This document shows, piece after piece, positions 8,662-17,218 of a DNA stretch of 64,000 nt. The translations under genes and the position numbers were made by a program. Numbering within the stretch: the first letter of the stretch is position 1; each line of letters starts with the position of its first letter. A model generated the notes under the pieces. That model had not been told where the DNA came from. It did not search any database and worked only from the letters and a program-made list of their open reading frames with translations. The DNA comes from a virus (lineage: Duplodnaviria; Caudoviricetes): positions 1-64,000 of IMG/VR virus record IMGVR_UViG_3300028833_000006; one strand, 5' to 3'.

Positions 8662-9087
8662 TTATTTCTCCTTTCCGTGCCCAATAACATAATCAATCAT
8701 ATCATAGGTCTCGCTTATAAGGTTCTTATAATCAGACTTGGAGTCTACCCTAACCTCTCCAATTCTATACTCGCCAGTGTGCACATATTCACCGTCTATA
8801 GATGTCCTTTCAAAATCGGAGAAATGAAATATCAGTAACTCCTCGCCCCTATTCGTTTTTCTCCTAACACATATCTCTGGTGATGACCAAAAAGGTCTCA
8901 TGCCAATTTTATAAGTTCCGTCTGCATTTACTGCGTCTATAGTCGGTATTTCACTTGTATCCTTAAAATCCCAAAAAGAATTATCAAACCCATGACCAAC
9001 ACCCTTATTATCAATGGTCAGATTTTCTCTCTTTGCAACCATATCAATCAATGCTACCATTCCCTTGATTACTTCGCTTTTTGTCAT
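8662..9087 (-). CDS. Hypothetical protein
   Basis: ORF with GAGGAGA RBS. Confidence 0.65.
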   Translation of the reverse strand: MTKSEVIKGMVALIDMVAKRENLTIDNKGVGHGFDNSFWDFKDTSEIPTIDAVNADGTYKIGMRPFWSSPEICVRRKTNRGEELLIFHFSDFERTSIDGEYVHTGEYRIGEVRVDSKSDYKNLISETYDMIDYVIGHGKEK

Positions 9088-9146
9088 ATGCTTTCTCCTC
9101 TCTTACTTACCATAACATAGTATATAATGTTTTGTCAACAAAAAAT

Positions 9147-9470
9147 TTACTTAAAGCCAATCTCTTCAAGTGCCCTATCAAAATCAGCACCGTCAAGCAT
9201 TTTCTGCTTAAAATCATCTAACTGATTTGGTGTGACACCCACATCCAATATCTGCTCAACTAAGTCATTCATTAAATTCGGATTGTCATATACTACTCTC
9301 CTCTTGCCGTATTCATTTGTCCTATAAATTGGACAGTATGCTATATACTTGAATGATTTTCTATTCAACAGATTGTTGATATTCTCGTCTCTGTACTTTG
9401 CTGTATCAACATTAAAACTATCCTCTGTTCCGTCAAGCCAAGTAAAGTAAATTGCGTATTTCATAAACAA
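9147..9470 (-). CDS. Hypothetical protein
   Basis: ORF with AAGGAGA RBS. Confidence 0.65.
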   Translation of the reverse strand: MFMKYAIYFTWLDGTEDSFNVDTAKYRDENINNLLNRKSFKYIAYCPIYRTNEYGKRRVVYDNPNLMNDLVEQILDVGVTPNQLDDFKQKMLDGADFDRALEEIGFK

Positions 9471-9479
9471 TCTCCTTTT

Positions 9480-9875
9480 CTAATAGCCTACTGTTCCAAG
9501 CACCCACTTGAGTGCGGTTATCTGGTCTTTAAGATACTTGATGTTGGTCTGATATGTCTTGATTATATCACGGTTATAATTAACCCAAGACTTATCAGCC
9601 CTATCCAACTCTATCATCTCTTTACGATACTTTATATCCGCACGATACTTTTTAATCTCTTCCTTGTATATTCGTATCTGCTCATTGAGATTATTTTCTA
9701 CCTCAATCTCCTCGGGTGTCTTGCTGTTATCTACCAACTTCTTACCCCACTCGTAGACATCCTCTTTGGTCATAGTGTCATCATTCATATAGATTATCTC
9801 AAGTCTCTTGTAAACCTTGTAGTTATTATCGGTCTCTCTGCAACCTGTTCCCTCAATGAACTCACTATACAACAT
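9480..9875 (-). CDS. Hypothetical coiled-coil protein
   Basis: ORF with strong RBS. Confidence 0.7.
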   Translation of the reverse strand: MLYSEFIEGTGCRETDNNYKVYKRLEIIYMNDDTMTKEDVYEWGKKLVDNSKTPEEIEVENNLNEQIRIYKEEIKKYRADIKYRKEMIELDRADKSWVNYNRDIIKTYQTNIKYLKDQITALKWVLGTVGY

Positions 9876-9890
9876 AATCTTTCTCCTTTC

Positions 9891-10130
9891 TTACCAATTA
9901 GAGGCTATTGACTTAATCTTGAGTAATGCAGTCTCCCAATACTTGCACTCATTCTCAACTGCTTTAAGATTCTTCAATCCTTTTGCCCAAGGACAACCGT
10001 CTGCTGAATAAATCTTGTAAGCCTTGCGGATTCTACCACTCATATCTACCCAACTATCATCTGCTATCTTGATACCGTACTTCTTCTCTAACTGCGCTCT
10101 ACTCATATTCATTTCTCCTTTCAAAATCAA
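9891..10130 (-). CDS. Hypothetical protein, first gene behind an operator-bearing promoter
   Basis: ORF; AAAGGAGA RBS suggests a start near 10112. Confidence 0.65.
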   Translation of the reverse strand: MILKGEMNMSRAQLEKKYGIKIADDSWVDMSGRIRKAYKIYSADGCPWAKGLKNLKAVENECKYWETALLKIKSIASNW

Positions 10131-10141
10131 TGTTTTCTGTT

Positions 10142-10207
10142 CCTTACAATGCCATTATAAGCCTATACTTATATATTGTCAAGTGTTTTTGAAATATTTT
10201 TCAAAAA
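10142..10207 (-). promoter_or_regulatory. Operator-bearing sigmaA promoter, copy A
   Basis: TTGACA(10177-82)-17-TATAAT(10154-59); TATAAG-N6-CTTATA; upstream TTGAAAAATATTTCAA; downstream TGTAAGG. Confidence 0.9.
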
Positions 10208-10537
10208 TTATTTACAAAACAGTAACGCTTGCTTGAAAATGTCATTTGCCTCATCCTTATCCAATGTTGTCCAAGTCTGTAACAAATTGGTAGTTCCGTC
10301 ACCATTAGGAATGTAAGCATTCTCACCTAATTCATAGTGATAGAATATCTTGACTGTATATCTTGTCTTCTTCTCTATCTGCTTGGGTAATTCACGGTAC
10401 AGATACATTGCTGACAACAACTCATCCTCTGTGGGTATATATGTATCAACATCTATCTCATCCGTTGAACATACTATAACTACCTTACCACTGTACTTAT
10501 CATCACTTACTAAATATTTCTTTGTCATATTCGCCAC
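10208..10537 (-). CDS. Hypothetical protein
   Basis: ORF in operon. Confidence 0.6.
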   Translation of the reverse strand: MANMTKKYLVSDDKYSGKVVIVCSTDEIDVDTYIPTEDELLSAMYLYRELPKQIEKKTRYTVKIFYHYELGENAYIPNGDGTTNLLQTWTTLDKDEANDIFKQALLFCK

Positions 10538-10543
10538 CCTTTC

Positions 10544-10795
10544 CTAAAATCCAAACTTCATACAGTTCTTGATACATCGCTTAACCTCTTTGTAGTCACC
10601 CACAAACTCTTTATACTCATCAATGTCATTAACCTTACAAGCACCGTATCCGTCTGTAACTACCTCAAAATCCCAACCCTTGATTCTCAATAGTTTTTCC
10701 ATTCTCAATGCAAGTGTCCACTCATCATCCGAAAAACTAACCTCGGCTAGTCTCCACGGTAATGCTTTTTCTGCTCCTTTGTATGTAACTGTCAT
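10544..10795 (-). CDS. Hypothetical protein
   Basis: ORF with AGAAAGGAGA RBS. Confidence 0.7.
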   Translation of the reverse strand: MTVTYKGAEKALPWRLAEVSFSDDEWTLALRMEKLLRIKGWDFEVVTDGYGACKVNDIDEYKEFVGDYKEVKRCIKNCMKFGF

Positions 10796-10820
10796 ATTTG
10801 ATTTCTCCTTTCTTGTAATT

Positions 10821-10884
10821 CCTTACAATCATAGTATAAGTCAATACTTATATATTGTCAAGTGTTTTTGAAAAATTTTTCAAA
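10821..10884 (-). promoter_or_regulatory. Operator-bearing sigmaA promoter, copy B
   Basis: TTGACA(10856-61)-17-TATACT(10833-38); same operator and flanks as copy A. Confidence 0.9.
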
Positions 10885-10917
10885 AAAAATAAAACCCCTT
10901 GATTTAAGGGGTTTTAT
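10882..10917 (-). terminator. Rho-independent terminator
   Basis: taaaacccctt-gattt-aaggggtttta stem, followed by a T-run on the minus strand. Confidence 0.8.
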
Positions 10918-10939
10918 ACCATTTAAAAATCTGACATGT

Positions 10940-11359
10940 TTATCTTTTTTCTTTTCCGTCCTTATCCCAAACACTTGACTTAACAATAGCCACCTTACCG
11001 CCACCTATATGGTCAAGTTTATAATAATTACCGTCACCTTTAACATCAGCAACTATGTCAAAATACTTATTTCTAAACCATTTTATTTTCTTACTATTAA
11101 GATACTTACATATTGCGTCATTTGCGGATGAATTACCAGGTAACTTATCCCAATCAAACTCAAAGAATACAGATTTACCATCACTATTGCTGTTAGCATT
11201 CTCTCTCTGCTCTTTGGCTTCTTTTATCTGCTTTGCCTTGGTCTCTTCATTCTGCTTTGCTACTGCTCTGTTATAAGCATCTTGCTTTGACTCTCCGTCA
11301 TATATAGGAACGTGCTTTCCGTTTACTGTTATCCAATCTTTAGGTTCTTTTTGTGCCAT
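10940..11359 (-). CDS. Hypothetical protein with N-terminal WITVNGxHVPI motif
   Basis: GAGGTG RBS before MAQKEPK. Confidence 0.65.
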   Translation of the reverse strand: MAQKEPKDWITVNGKHVPIYDGESKQDAYNRAVAKQNEETKAKQIKEAKEQRENANSNSDGKSVFFEFDWDKLPGNSSANDAICKYLNSKKIKWFRNKYFDIVADVKGDGNYYKLDHIGGGKVAIVKSSVWDKDGKEKR

Positions 11360-11438
11360 ATTTTTCACCTCATACATTTGAGTTTATATACAATAAATAC
11401 CAATAAAATGATAGCAAAATATCTTAATAAAATCAAGT

Positions 11439-12422
11439 TTAAAAATATGGCTCTAGTGCTAATATCTCTTCGTCAGTACAGTCACCAATATCCTTACACC
11501 CACTTGGTAACTTGACTGTCTGTATCATTTTATTCTTTATCTGTGCTTTCAATTTCTCATATGCATCTCGCCCTGCTTTATCCATATCGGTGGCTATTAC
11601 TAATAATCTACAAGGCATTGCCTTTAACTCTTTTATCTGTCTTTGATTTCCAGTTCCATTCAATGCAACACCATATATACCTAACTGCCAAAGTCTTAAC
11701 ACATCAATCATACTCTCTGTTACCCAAACTGTTTTTGGAAACTCATCTAACTGATATAGTTGATATATTCCATAACAACACTTTGACACATCTCTCGGAT
11801 AATTAAAATACTTATAGTTTACTGACCGCTTTGCTACAAACAGACAATTACCGTCTTTATCCAAATTTGGCATAGTTATCATTTGATTTTCGCAGTCGTA
11901 TCCAATATCAAACAATTCTATCAACCATTCTTCTGTTATCCCACGCTTTGCCCAATATGGGTGATAATATCTATAACTATCAAGTTCTTCTTCTGACACA
12001 TATGTCACATTCTCTTCTTCTTTTTTCTGCCCACGCTCAAAATTGATTTCCAATGGCTTTCTATTCTCTATTGATACCGTAAGAAAATTACGGCAAAGCC
12101 ATTTCCACCCCTGTGCACCTATCATATCATCAGTATATCCTAAACAAAATGATATCATTTCTGGCAATGTATGTGTCTTATGACATGAGAAACAATGAAA
12201 TGTTCCAGGCAGTATTACCTTCCCATCCCTCTTCTTTTGTATCTTCGTTATACCTGCACTCGGTCTATGTTCATTGTGGTATGGACAACATACTTGAATA
12301 TCATTCGTGCCATCTATAATCTTGTCCAATAACGGTATGTCATTCATTCGTAATTGAGATTGCAATGTTGTAAGAATATCCATTAGTGAACAATCAAACA
12401 TTGTATCATTTATGGTTATCAT
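11439..12422 (-). CDS. dnaG: DNA primase (CHC2 zinc finger plus TOPRIM)
   Basis: CPYHNE..FHCFSC; VTESMIDV; ATDMDKAG. Confidence 0.9.
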   Translation of the reverse strand: MITINDTMFDCSLMDILTTLQSQLRMNDIPLLDKIIDGTNDIQVCCPYHNEHRPSAGITKIQKKRDGKVILPGTFHCFSCHKTHTLPEMISFCLGYTDDMIGAQGWKWLCRNFLTVSIENRKPLEINFERGQKKEEENVTYVSEEELDSYRYYHPYWAKRGITEEWLIELFDIGYDCENQMITMPNLDKDGNCLFVAKRSVNYKYFNYPRDVSKCCYGIYQLYQLDEFPKTVWVTESMIDVLRLWQLGIYGVALNGTGNQRQIKELKAMPCRLLVIATDMDKAGRDAYEKLKAQIKNKMIQTVKLPSGCKDIGDCTDEEILALEPYF

Positions 12423-13717
12423 TAGAATACGTCCTCTTTTGCTGTCTGCTTTTTCTTCTCGCCACCGTCACTAGGTTTCTTTTTTATGACACCACTGTCA
12501 TTATTGTCTGATATTGGTAAATATACAAAATCACCAGTATTAATATCACAGTTATAGCACACCCTACCACCAACTGCACCGTTCCTTGACTTCTTTATAC
12601 CCATTTCAAGTACATTATCTTTCTTATATCTGATTGATATTACCGTACTCGCATTATGGGCTATACCGTCACTATCCCTTATACTCTCAAGTTCTGGTGT
12701 TCCGTCATCTTCGGACACCACACCGCCCCTATTTGCTTGCACTACCACAAGTATAGGTACATGCATTTCTACGGATAAAGCCATAAGGTCTTCACTGATA
12801 TTTGTGAGTGATACTGTCTTGCTATCATTTCTCTTTGCTCTCTCATCATTGAGATATGTAATACCGTCTATTGCAACTATATCCAACTTAGCTTGCTTTA
12901 TCCAATGCTTTATACTTGATACTGTTGGATTATACCCAAAATCTTTTGGTGTGGTCACTACAAAATCATTCTCTTTCTCTGCAAGTGTATCTAAATACTT
13001 TTCATATTCGTCAGTATCTATATCTTGTGCCCCACGCATAAGAGATGTGTTTGAGTAATGATTAAACAGAGTATCAAATCTAAATCCTAGGCTCGTGTCA
13101 CTCATCTCGGGACTGAAATATCCAACATTAAATCCCAATCCCCACACATGTGTGCATATTCTTTCAAGCACAAACGACTTAAGATTATTTGTCCTCGCCA
13201 CTATCACAAACAATTCTTCCGACCTTTGTATGCCGTGTATGATATCATCAAGTTCTTTAAAACCTGTCTCAAAAAACCATTCTTGCGGATTTTCTCTACG
13301 CTTCTTATACTGCTCAAGTCTATCTTTACTCTTTGTTAAACTCTTGTATTGTATGTCATAACTTGGCTGTAATTTCTGCAACTCACCTGATAGATACTCT
13401 ACAGCAGTATTACTATCTGTCTGCATTAAATCAGCCATCTTACGCATACTTGGCAATAATTGCTGATATAGATACTCTTCTCTGATTGTATTCAACAAAT
13501 ACCTATCAGTCTCAGCAACATCGACCAATTCAACATCTTCAAACTCACTTAAAAATGTTGCTATGTCTGGCACATTACCATATTCTTTTACATGTGTCTC
13601 TATGAAATTATATTCATCCTTATATTCCCCAAAAAAATCCTCTGTTAAATTATTATCTTCTATAAGCGAATTATCTTTTGTCTGTAATACTCTTGACAAT
13701 ATCTGTAACTGTACCAT
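12422..13717 (-). CDS. dnaB: DnaB-like replicative helicase
   Basis: Variant Walker A ARTNNLKS, FSPEM, Walker B AIDG, QANR, RDSD, KSRNG. Confidence 0.9.
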   Translation of the reverse strand: MVQLQILSRVLQTKDNSLIEDNNLTEDFFGEYKDEYNFIETHVKEYGNVPDIATFLSEFEDVELVDVAETDRYLLNTIREEYLYQQLLPSMRKMADLMQTDSNTAVEYLSGELQKLQPSYDIQYKSLTKSKDRLEQYKKRRENPQEWFFETGFKELDDIIHGIQRSEELFVIVARTNNLKSFVLERICTHVWGLGFNVGYFSPEMSDTSLGFRFDTLFNHYSNTSLMRGAQDIDTDEYEKYLDTLAEKENDFVVTTPKDFGYNPTVSSIKHWIKQAKLDIVAIDGITYLNDERAKRNDSKTVSLTNISEDLMALSVEMHVPILVVVQANRGGVVSEDDGTPELESIRDSDGIAHNASTVISIRYKKDNVLEMGIKKSRNGAVGGRVCYNCDINTGDFVYLPISDNNDSGVIKKKPSDGGEKKKQTAKEDVF

Positions 13718-13732
13718 CTATAACTCCTTTAC

Positions 13733-14419
13733 CTATCTCATATCTCGGCTCTTAAATACAACCACCTCTGTATCCTTTGATAGTATCCTACTTGCTATCT
13801 TATCGCCAAGTGCCTTATTCAAAACTTCCTTAGTCTCACAATTAGAAGTAAATATATTTGAATAATGACTCATTATCCTATGGTTAATGATAGGTAATAT
13901 CTGTGAATAATCATAAGCACTCATATTAGTACTTGCTATATCATCCCATACAACTAAATCAACCTCTTTAACTAATTTCCTTATCCTCATAAAATTTGGG
14001 TCTTTATTATCAAAATCTTTTAGTTGCATAAGGAAATCTGGTACACTAATAAATACTGCTCGTTCACGTAGTCCGTTGCCATCCCACACTTCTTCAAAAT
14101 ACTTATGCATTAACTTTATAGCCCAACTAGATTTACCGTTTCCGACAAATTTACTGCATATATAAAGATTCTTACCCTGCTGTACAAAATCATATATATC
14201 GGATTTAATTTCTCCCAATCTCCTATATGCATCTCTATCACATTCTGGTGCATATAATGTAATCACTTGCTGTAAGTGCTTTGGTAGATTACTGTTCTCC
14301 ATTAGGAATTTCATCTCTGTATATTTATTACACAAAGTACATTTATTATCTCTAGTACAGACTTCGTGATACCAACAATTTGGATTACGCTCAATATTTA
14401 TCTGTTGAGAAATGTCCAT
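13733..14419 (-). CDS. DnaC/IstB-like helicase loader ATPase
   Basis: GNGKS Walker A, LVVWDD Walker B, FTSN, SRI. Confidence 0.88.
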   Translation of the reverse strand: MDISQQINIERNPNCWYHEVCTRDNKCTLCNKYTEMKFLMENSNLPKHLQQVITLYAPECDRDAYRRLGEIKSDIYDFVQQGKNLYICSKFVGNGKSSWAIKLMHKYFEEVWDGNGLRERAVFISVPDFLMQLKDFDNKDPNFMRIRKLVKEVDLVVWDDIASTNMSAYDYSQILPIINHRIMSHYSNIFTSNCETKEVLNKALGDKIASRILSKDTEVVVFKSRDMR

Positions 14420-15332
14420 TAATCATTGCCTCCTCTGATACGTGTTCAGAACTTGTATTATATTCCCCAAATACATTCTCACGTTTGTTATAACTATATC
14501 CATTTTCTTTTAATTCAAAAAAACTTGCCCAATCACAATCTATACTTTTCTGTATAATTTTTATCTGTACATCTTCGTCTCTTGAAAGTTTAACTAACTT
14601 TCTAAGAAGACTGACCCAATTATTATAACTAGGTGGTACAGTAGTTTTATTAAATCTTACTGGAAGATATTCTTTCAATTTATCTGCAACGTCTAAACTA
14701 AATCCATACTCTTCTTTATATATTTCGTTTTGACATTTATCATATACATTAACTTTTTTAGGTTTTTCACTAAAAGGATTATCTTTAGTGGACGGTGAAG
14801 AAACTTGTTTCTTCTCCTTAATCTCTTTATCATTATTTAGTATATTATCATTAATTAATTTTTTGTCTGGTGTCATTTTAGAATGACGTGGTCGTGTGAC
14901 CGTGTCATTTTCAAATGACGTGGTCATAGTTTTCACGTCATTTTTAAGTGACGTGGTCGTGTCTATTTGATTTGGACGTTTAAATAAACTTAATGCGCTA
15001 TTAGATAAACCATAATATGTACGTGAACCACGCCCTTTTCTATTATGTACTGTTTCAGATACAATAAATCCAATACTCTTTAGATTTGATAATCTATTTC
15101 GTATAGTAGGTTCAGAAAGCCGTAAAATAGGTAAATCTTCTACAATCTTTTTATGAGATAACCAAGTTAGTACAATATTAGGTTCGTCATAAAAATCAGA
15201 TTCCACTACCATATGGTACATATCTGGAGAACCACAAGCCAACATAACATAATACATTAATAATACGTCTATCAAATCTAAATTTAGCATATATGCGACT
15301 TCTTGACTGCACCCAAATATTGAATTTAACAT
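14391..15332 (-). CDS. Phage replication initiator (wHTH; contains origin iterons)
   Basis: wHTH-like LSEPTIRNRLSNLKSIGFI; internal repeats; directly upstream of loader and helicase. Confidence 0.75.
   Translation of the reverse strand: MLNSIFGCSQEVAYMLNLDLIDVLLMYYVMLACGSPDMYHMVVESDFYDEPNIVLTWLSHKKIVEDLPILRLSEPTIRNRLSNLKSIGFIVSETVHNRKGRGSRTYYGLSNSALSLFKRPNQIDTTTSLKNDVKTMTTSFENDTVTRPRHSKMTPDKKLINDNILNNDKEIKEKKQVSSPSTKDNPFSEKPKKVNVYDKCQNEIYKEEYGFSLDVADKLKEYLPVRFNKTTVPPSYNNWVSLLRKLVKLSRDEDVQIKIIQKSIDCDWASFFELKENGYSYNKRENVFGEYNTSSEHVSEEAMINGHFSTDKY
14821..14963. repeat. Putative replication origin: three palindromic iterons plus AT-rich tract
   Basis: GTCATT-N4-A(A/G)TGACGTGGTC at 14872, 14904, 14937 (32/33-bp spacing); AT-rich 14821-14865. 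Confidence 0.75.
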
Positions 15333-15359
15333 TACTACTCTCCTTGTCTTATAGGGTAA

Positions 15360-15470
15360 ATTAAAGACCTACCTTGCGGTATGCCCCCCGCTCGGATAGG
15401 TCTCTAATTACTACTTTTTGTCAGTTATGAAGTTGTCCACCAGTTACGGAGGGCATCCCATAACTGACTG
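15360..15470 (-). ncRNA. Putative structured leader RNA of the initiator gene
   Basis: Two hairpins (GUCAGUUAUG/CAUAACUGAC; AGACCUA..GCGG/CCGC..UAGGUCU) with complementary loop segments AUGCCC/GGGCAU. Confidence 0.45.
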
Positions 15471-15603
15471 ATTGTATATACAATATACACTTTGGTTGCG
15501 TATTCGTCAAGTTGTTTTTCACAAGCCAGTTGGGTTACTTAACAACTCTCTTAATATTCAACTTCCATGTACAAGTATATCATAGGTTTTTATGACAGTA
15601 ATG

Positions 15604-15831
15604 TCAATTAGTTTTTGTGGCTTCGTAGATTTCATCTATCTGGTCATCTACAATACCGTTCACAACATTCCACAAATCATGTCTTTCAGCATTCATGTCT
15701 ATACCGTCAACATCTGGAATACTTCTCTCTTCCATATGCTCAACGGTAAAATAATTATCACCACGTTTGATTGCAACTCTACTCGTTGCTCTGATTGTTG
15801 TTGTAGTTCCTTTTATCTCATAATCTGCCAT
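15604..15831 (-). CDS. Hypothetical protein
   Basis: ORF with RBS. Confidence 0.65.
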   Translation of the reverse strand: MADYEIKGTTTTIRATSRVAIKRGDNYFTVEHMEERSIPDVDGIDMNAERHDLWNVVNGIVDDQIDEIYEATKTN

Positions 15832-15844
15832 TTGTTATTCTCCT

Positions 15845-16042
15845 TTACGTAAAAAACACAAGCCATATAAATCGTACAAGACTAAATACAGATGCACATG
15901 CCATAGGCAAAGCAACATATAGTAAATCTATATCTATGATATTGAACCACCATAATGGTAACAATACTAATGTTAAAATTGCACTTAAGGACATTAAATC
16001 ATCTGCTATTCTCATCTCATACCTACTTGACATTAGTGTCAT
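15845..16042 (-). CDS. Small membrane protein
   Basis: Two hydrophobic segments. Confidence 0.55.
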   Translation of the reverse strand: MTLMSSRYEMRIADDLMSLSAILTLVLLPLWWFNIIDIDLLYVALPMACASVFSLVRFIWLVFFT

Positions 16043-16146
16043 TATGTTTCTTATTGTGTGCCAATGCTATCACAACTGGTGTTAAAAGACCAATTACAAA
16101 TCCAAGTATGAACCCAATTACTATTTCTGGAATATACATATAACAC

Positions 16147-16380
16147 CTACTTTCTTGCCACTACCCAAACATTAAGGTGTTCTTTACTTATCCAACTGCC
16201 AACTTTAAGTACATTCTTAGATGTATATCCCTTTGCGCACTCTAGTGTATCTACTCTCTCTTTAAAATACAACTTGTTTGCAATTTTAATAGCCTCTTCT
16301 GCTGTTGCACATTTAGACATGGGTACTGTAATAAAAGATTTACCTTTATTCTCTTCAATACCAACAAATAACTGAACCAT
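16147..16380 (-). CDS. Hypothetical protein
   Basis: ORF with GAGGT RBS. Confidence 0.6.
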   Translation of the reverse strand: MVQLFVGIEENKGKSFITVPMSKCATAEEAIKIANKLYFKERVDTLECAKGYTSKNVLKVGSWISKEHLNVWVVARK

Positions 16381-16459
16381 AATTTACCTCTCTTTCTAAT
16401 CCATCGAATAAGGGTGGTTTTTTGCCCCAAAAACGAGTTCTAATAACATAGACGATACT

Positions 16460-16861
16460 TTATTCGTCTTTTGCAATTGTAATGGTTAATTTAGGTATTT
16501 CCTTGGTGATTCTGCAATTATTTAAATCAGCAACTACCCCTTGTGGTAATTCACCCTTATATAAAACTGATTCAAGAACATCCATATCTATATATTCTTT
16601 AGTTCTGATATATGGACATTCTGTGTCACCATTTCTACTACTCCAGTCTTTTTTGAGTATTTCAAGTGCTTTATCCTCATTAAGTGATTCTTGTTTCGAT
16701 ACTGAATACTTTGCTGTATAACCGCCTGCTGTAAAGTTGGTCAGTTTGTCTGCCACCATTAACCGCTTAATTTCAGCATTTTCAGTATCACATACTTTTT
16801 TAAGTGCTTTGGCTTCTGCGTTATGACCGCCATAAGATGTTACAAGTTCTTCAAGTGTCAT
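16460..16861 (-). CDS. Hypothetical protein (Gam/gp157-like helical architecture possible)
   Basis: N-terminal coiled coil, then TKEYID..LE. Confidence 0.55.
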   Translation of the reverse strand: MTLEELVTSYGGHNAEAKALKKVCDTENAEIKRLMVADKLTNFTAGGYTAKYSVSKQESLNEDKALEILKKDWSSRNGDTECPYIRTKEYIDMDVLESVLYKGELPQGVVADLNNCRITKEIPKLTITIAKDE

Positions 16862-16862
16862 T

Positions 16863-17156
16863 CTAACCCTCCTTTTTGTTTCTAAAATTATCCTTGGTAT
16901 ATTTTTGTGTTACATCACCCATTAAACCATTTCTACCTTGTGGAATTGACTTTTTAAACTCAATGAGTTTCCATATATCTGCCTTATCCCACAATCTTGC
17001 ATTACGCTCACCTCTTATATACTTTGGTAATAGTTTTGCAAGTTCGTGGTCTGGGTGTAAATCTTTCCACTTATACCAACTAGTTACTGTTTGCACAGAC
17101 ACACCTACTAAAAATGCGACTGTGGTTACATTGATTTTTGTTTCATTGTTATCCAT
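16863..17156 (-). CDS. MerR-like HTH DNA-binding protein
   Basis: VAFLVGVSVQTVTSW...RLW. Confidence 0.7.
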   Translation of the reverse strand: MDNNETKINVTTVAFLVGVSVQTVTSWYKWKDLHPDHELAKLLPKYIRGERNARLWDKADIWKLIEFKKSIPQGRNGLMGDVTQKYTKDNFRNKKEG

Positions 17157-17218
17157 AAAATCTCCTCCTAATAAATCAAATGCAAGAAGGTTTTTGAGGA
17201 TTTTGAGTATTATGACTT

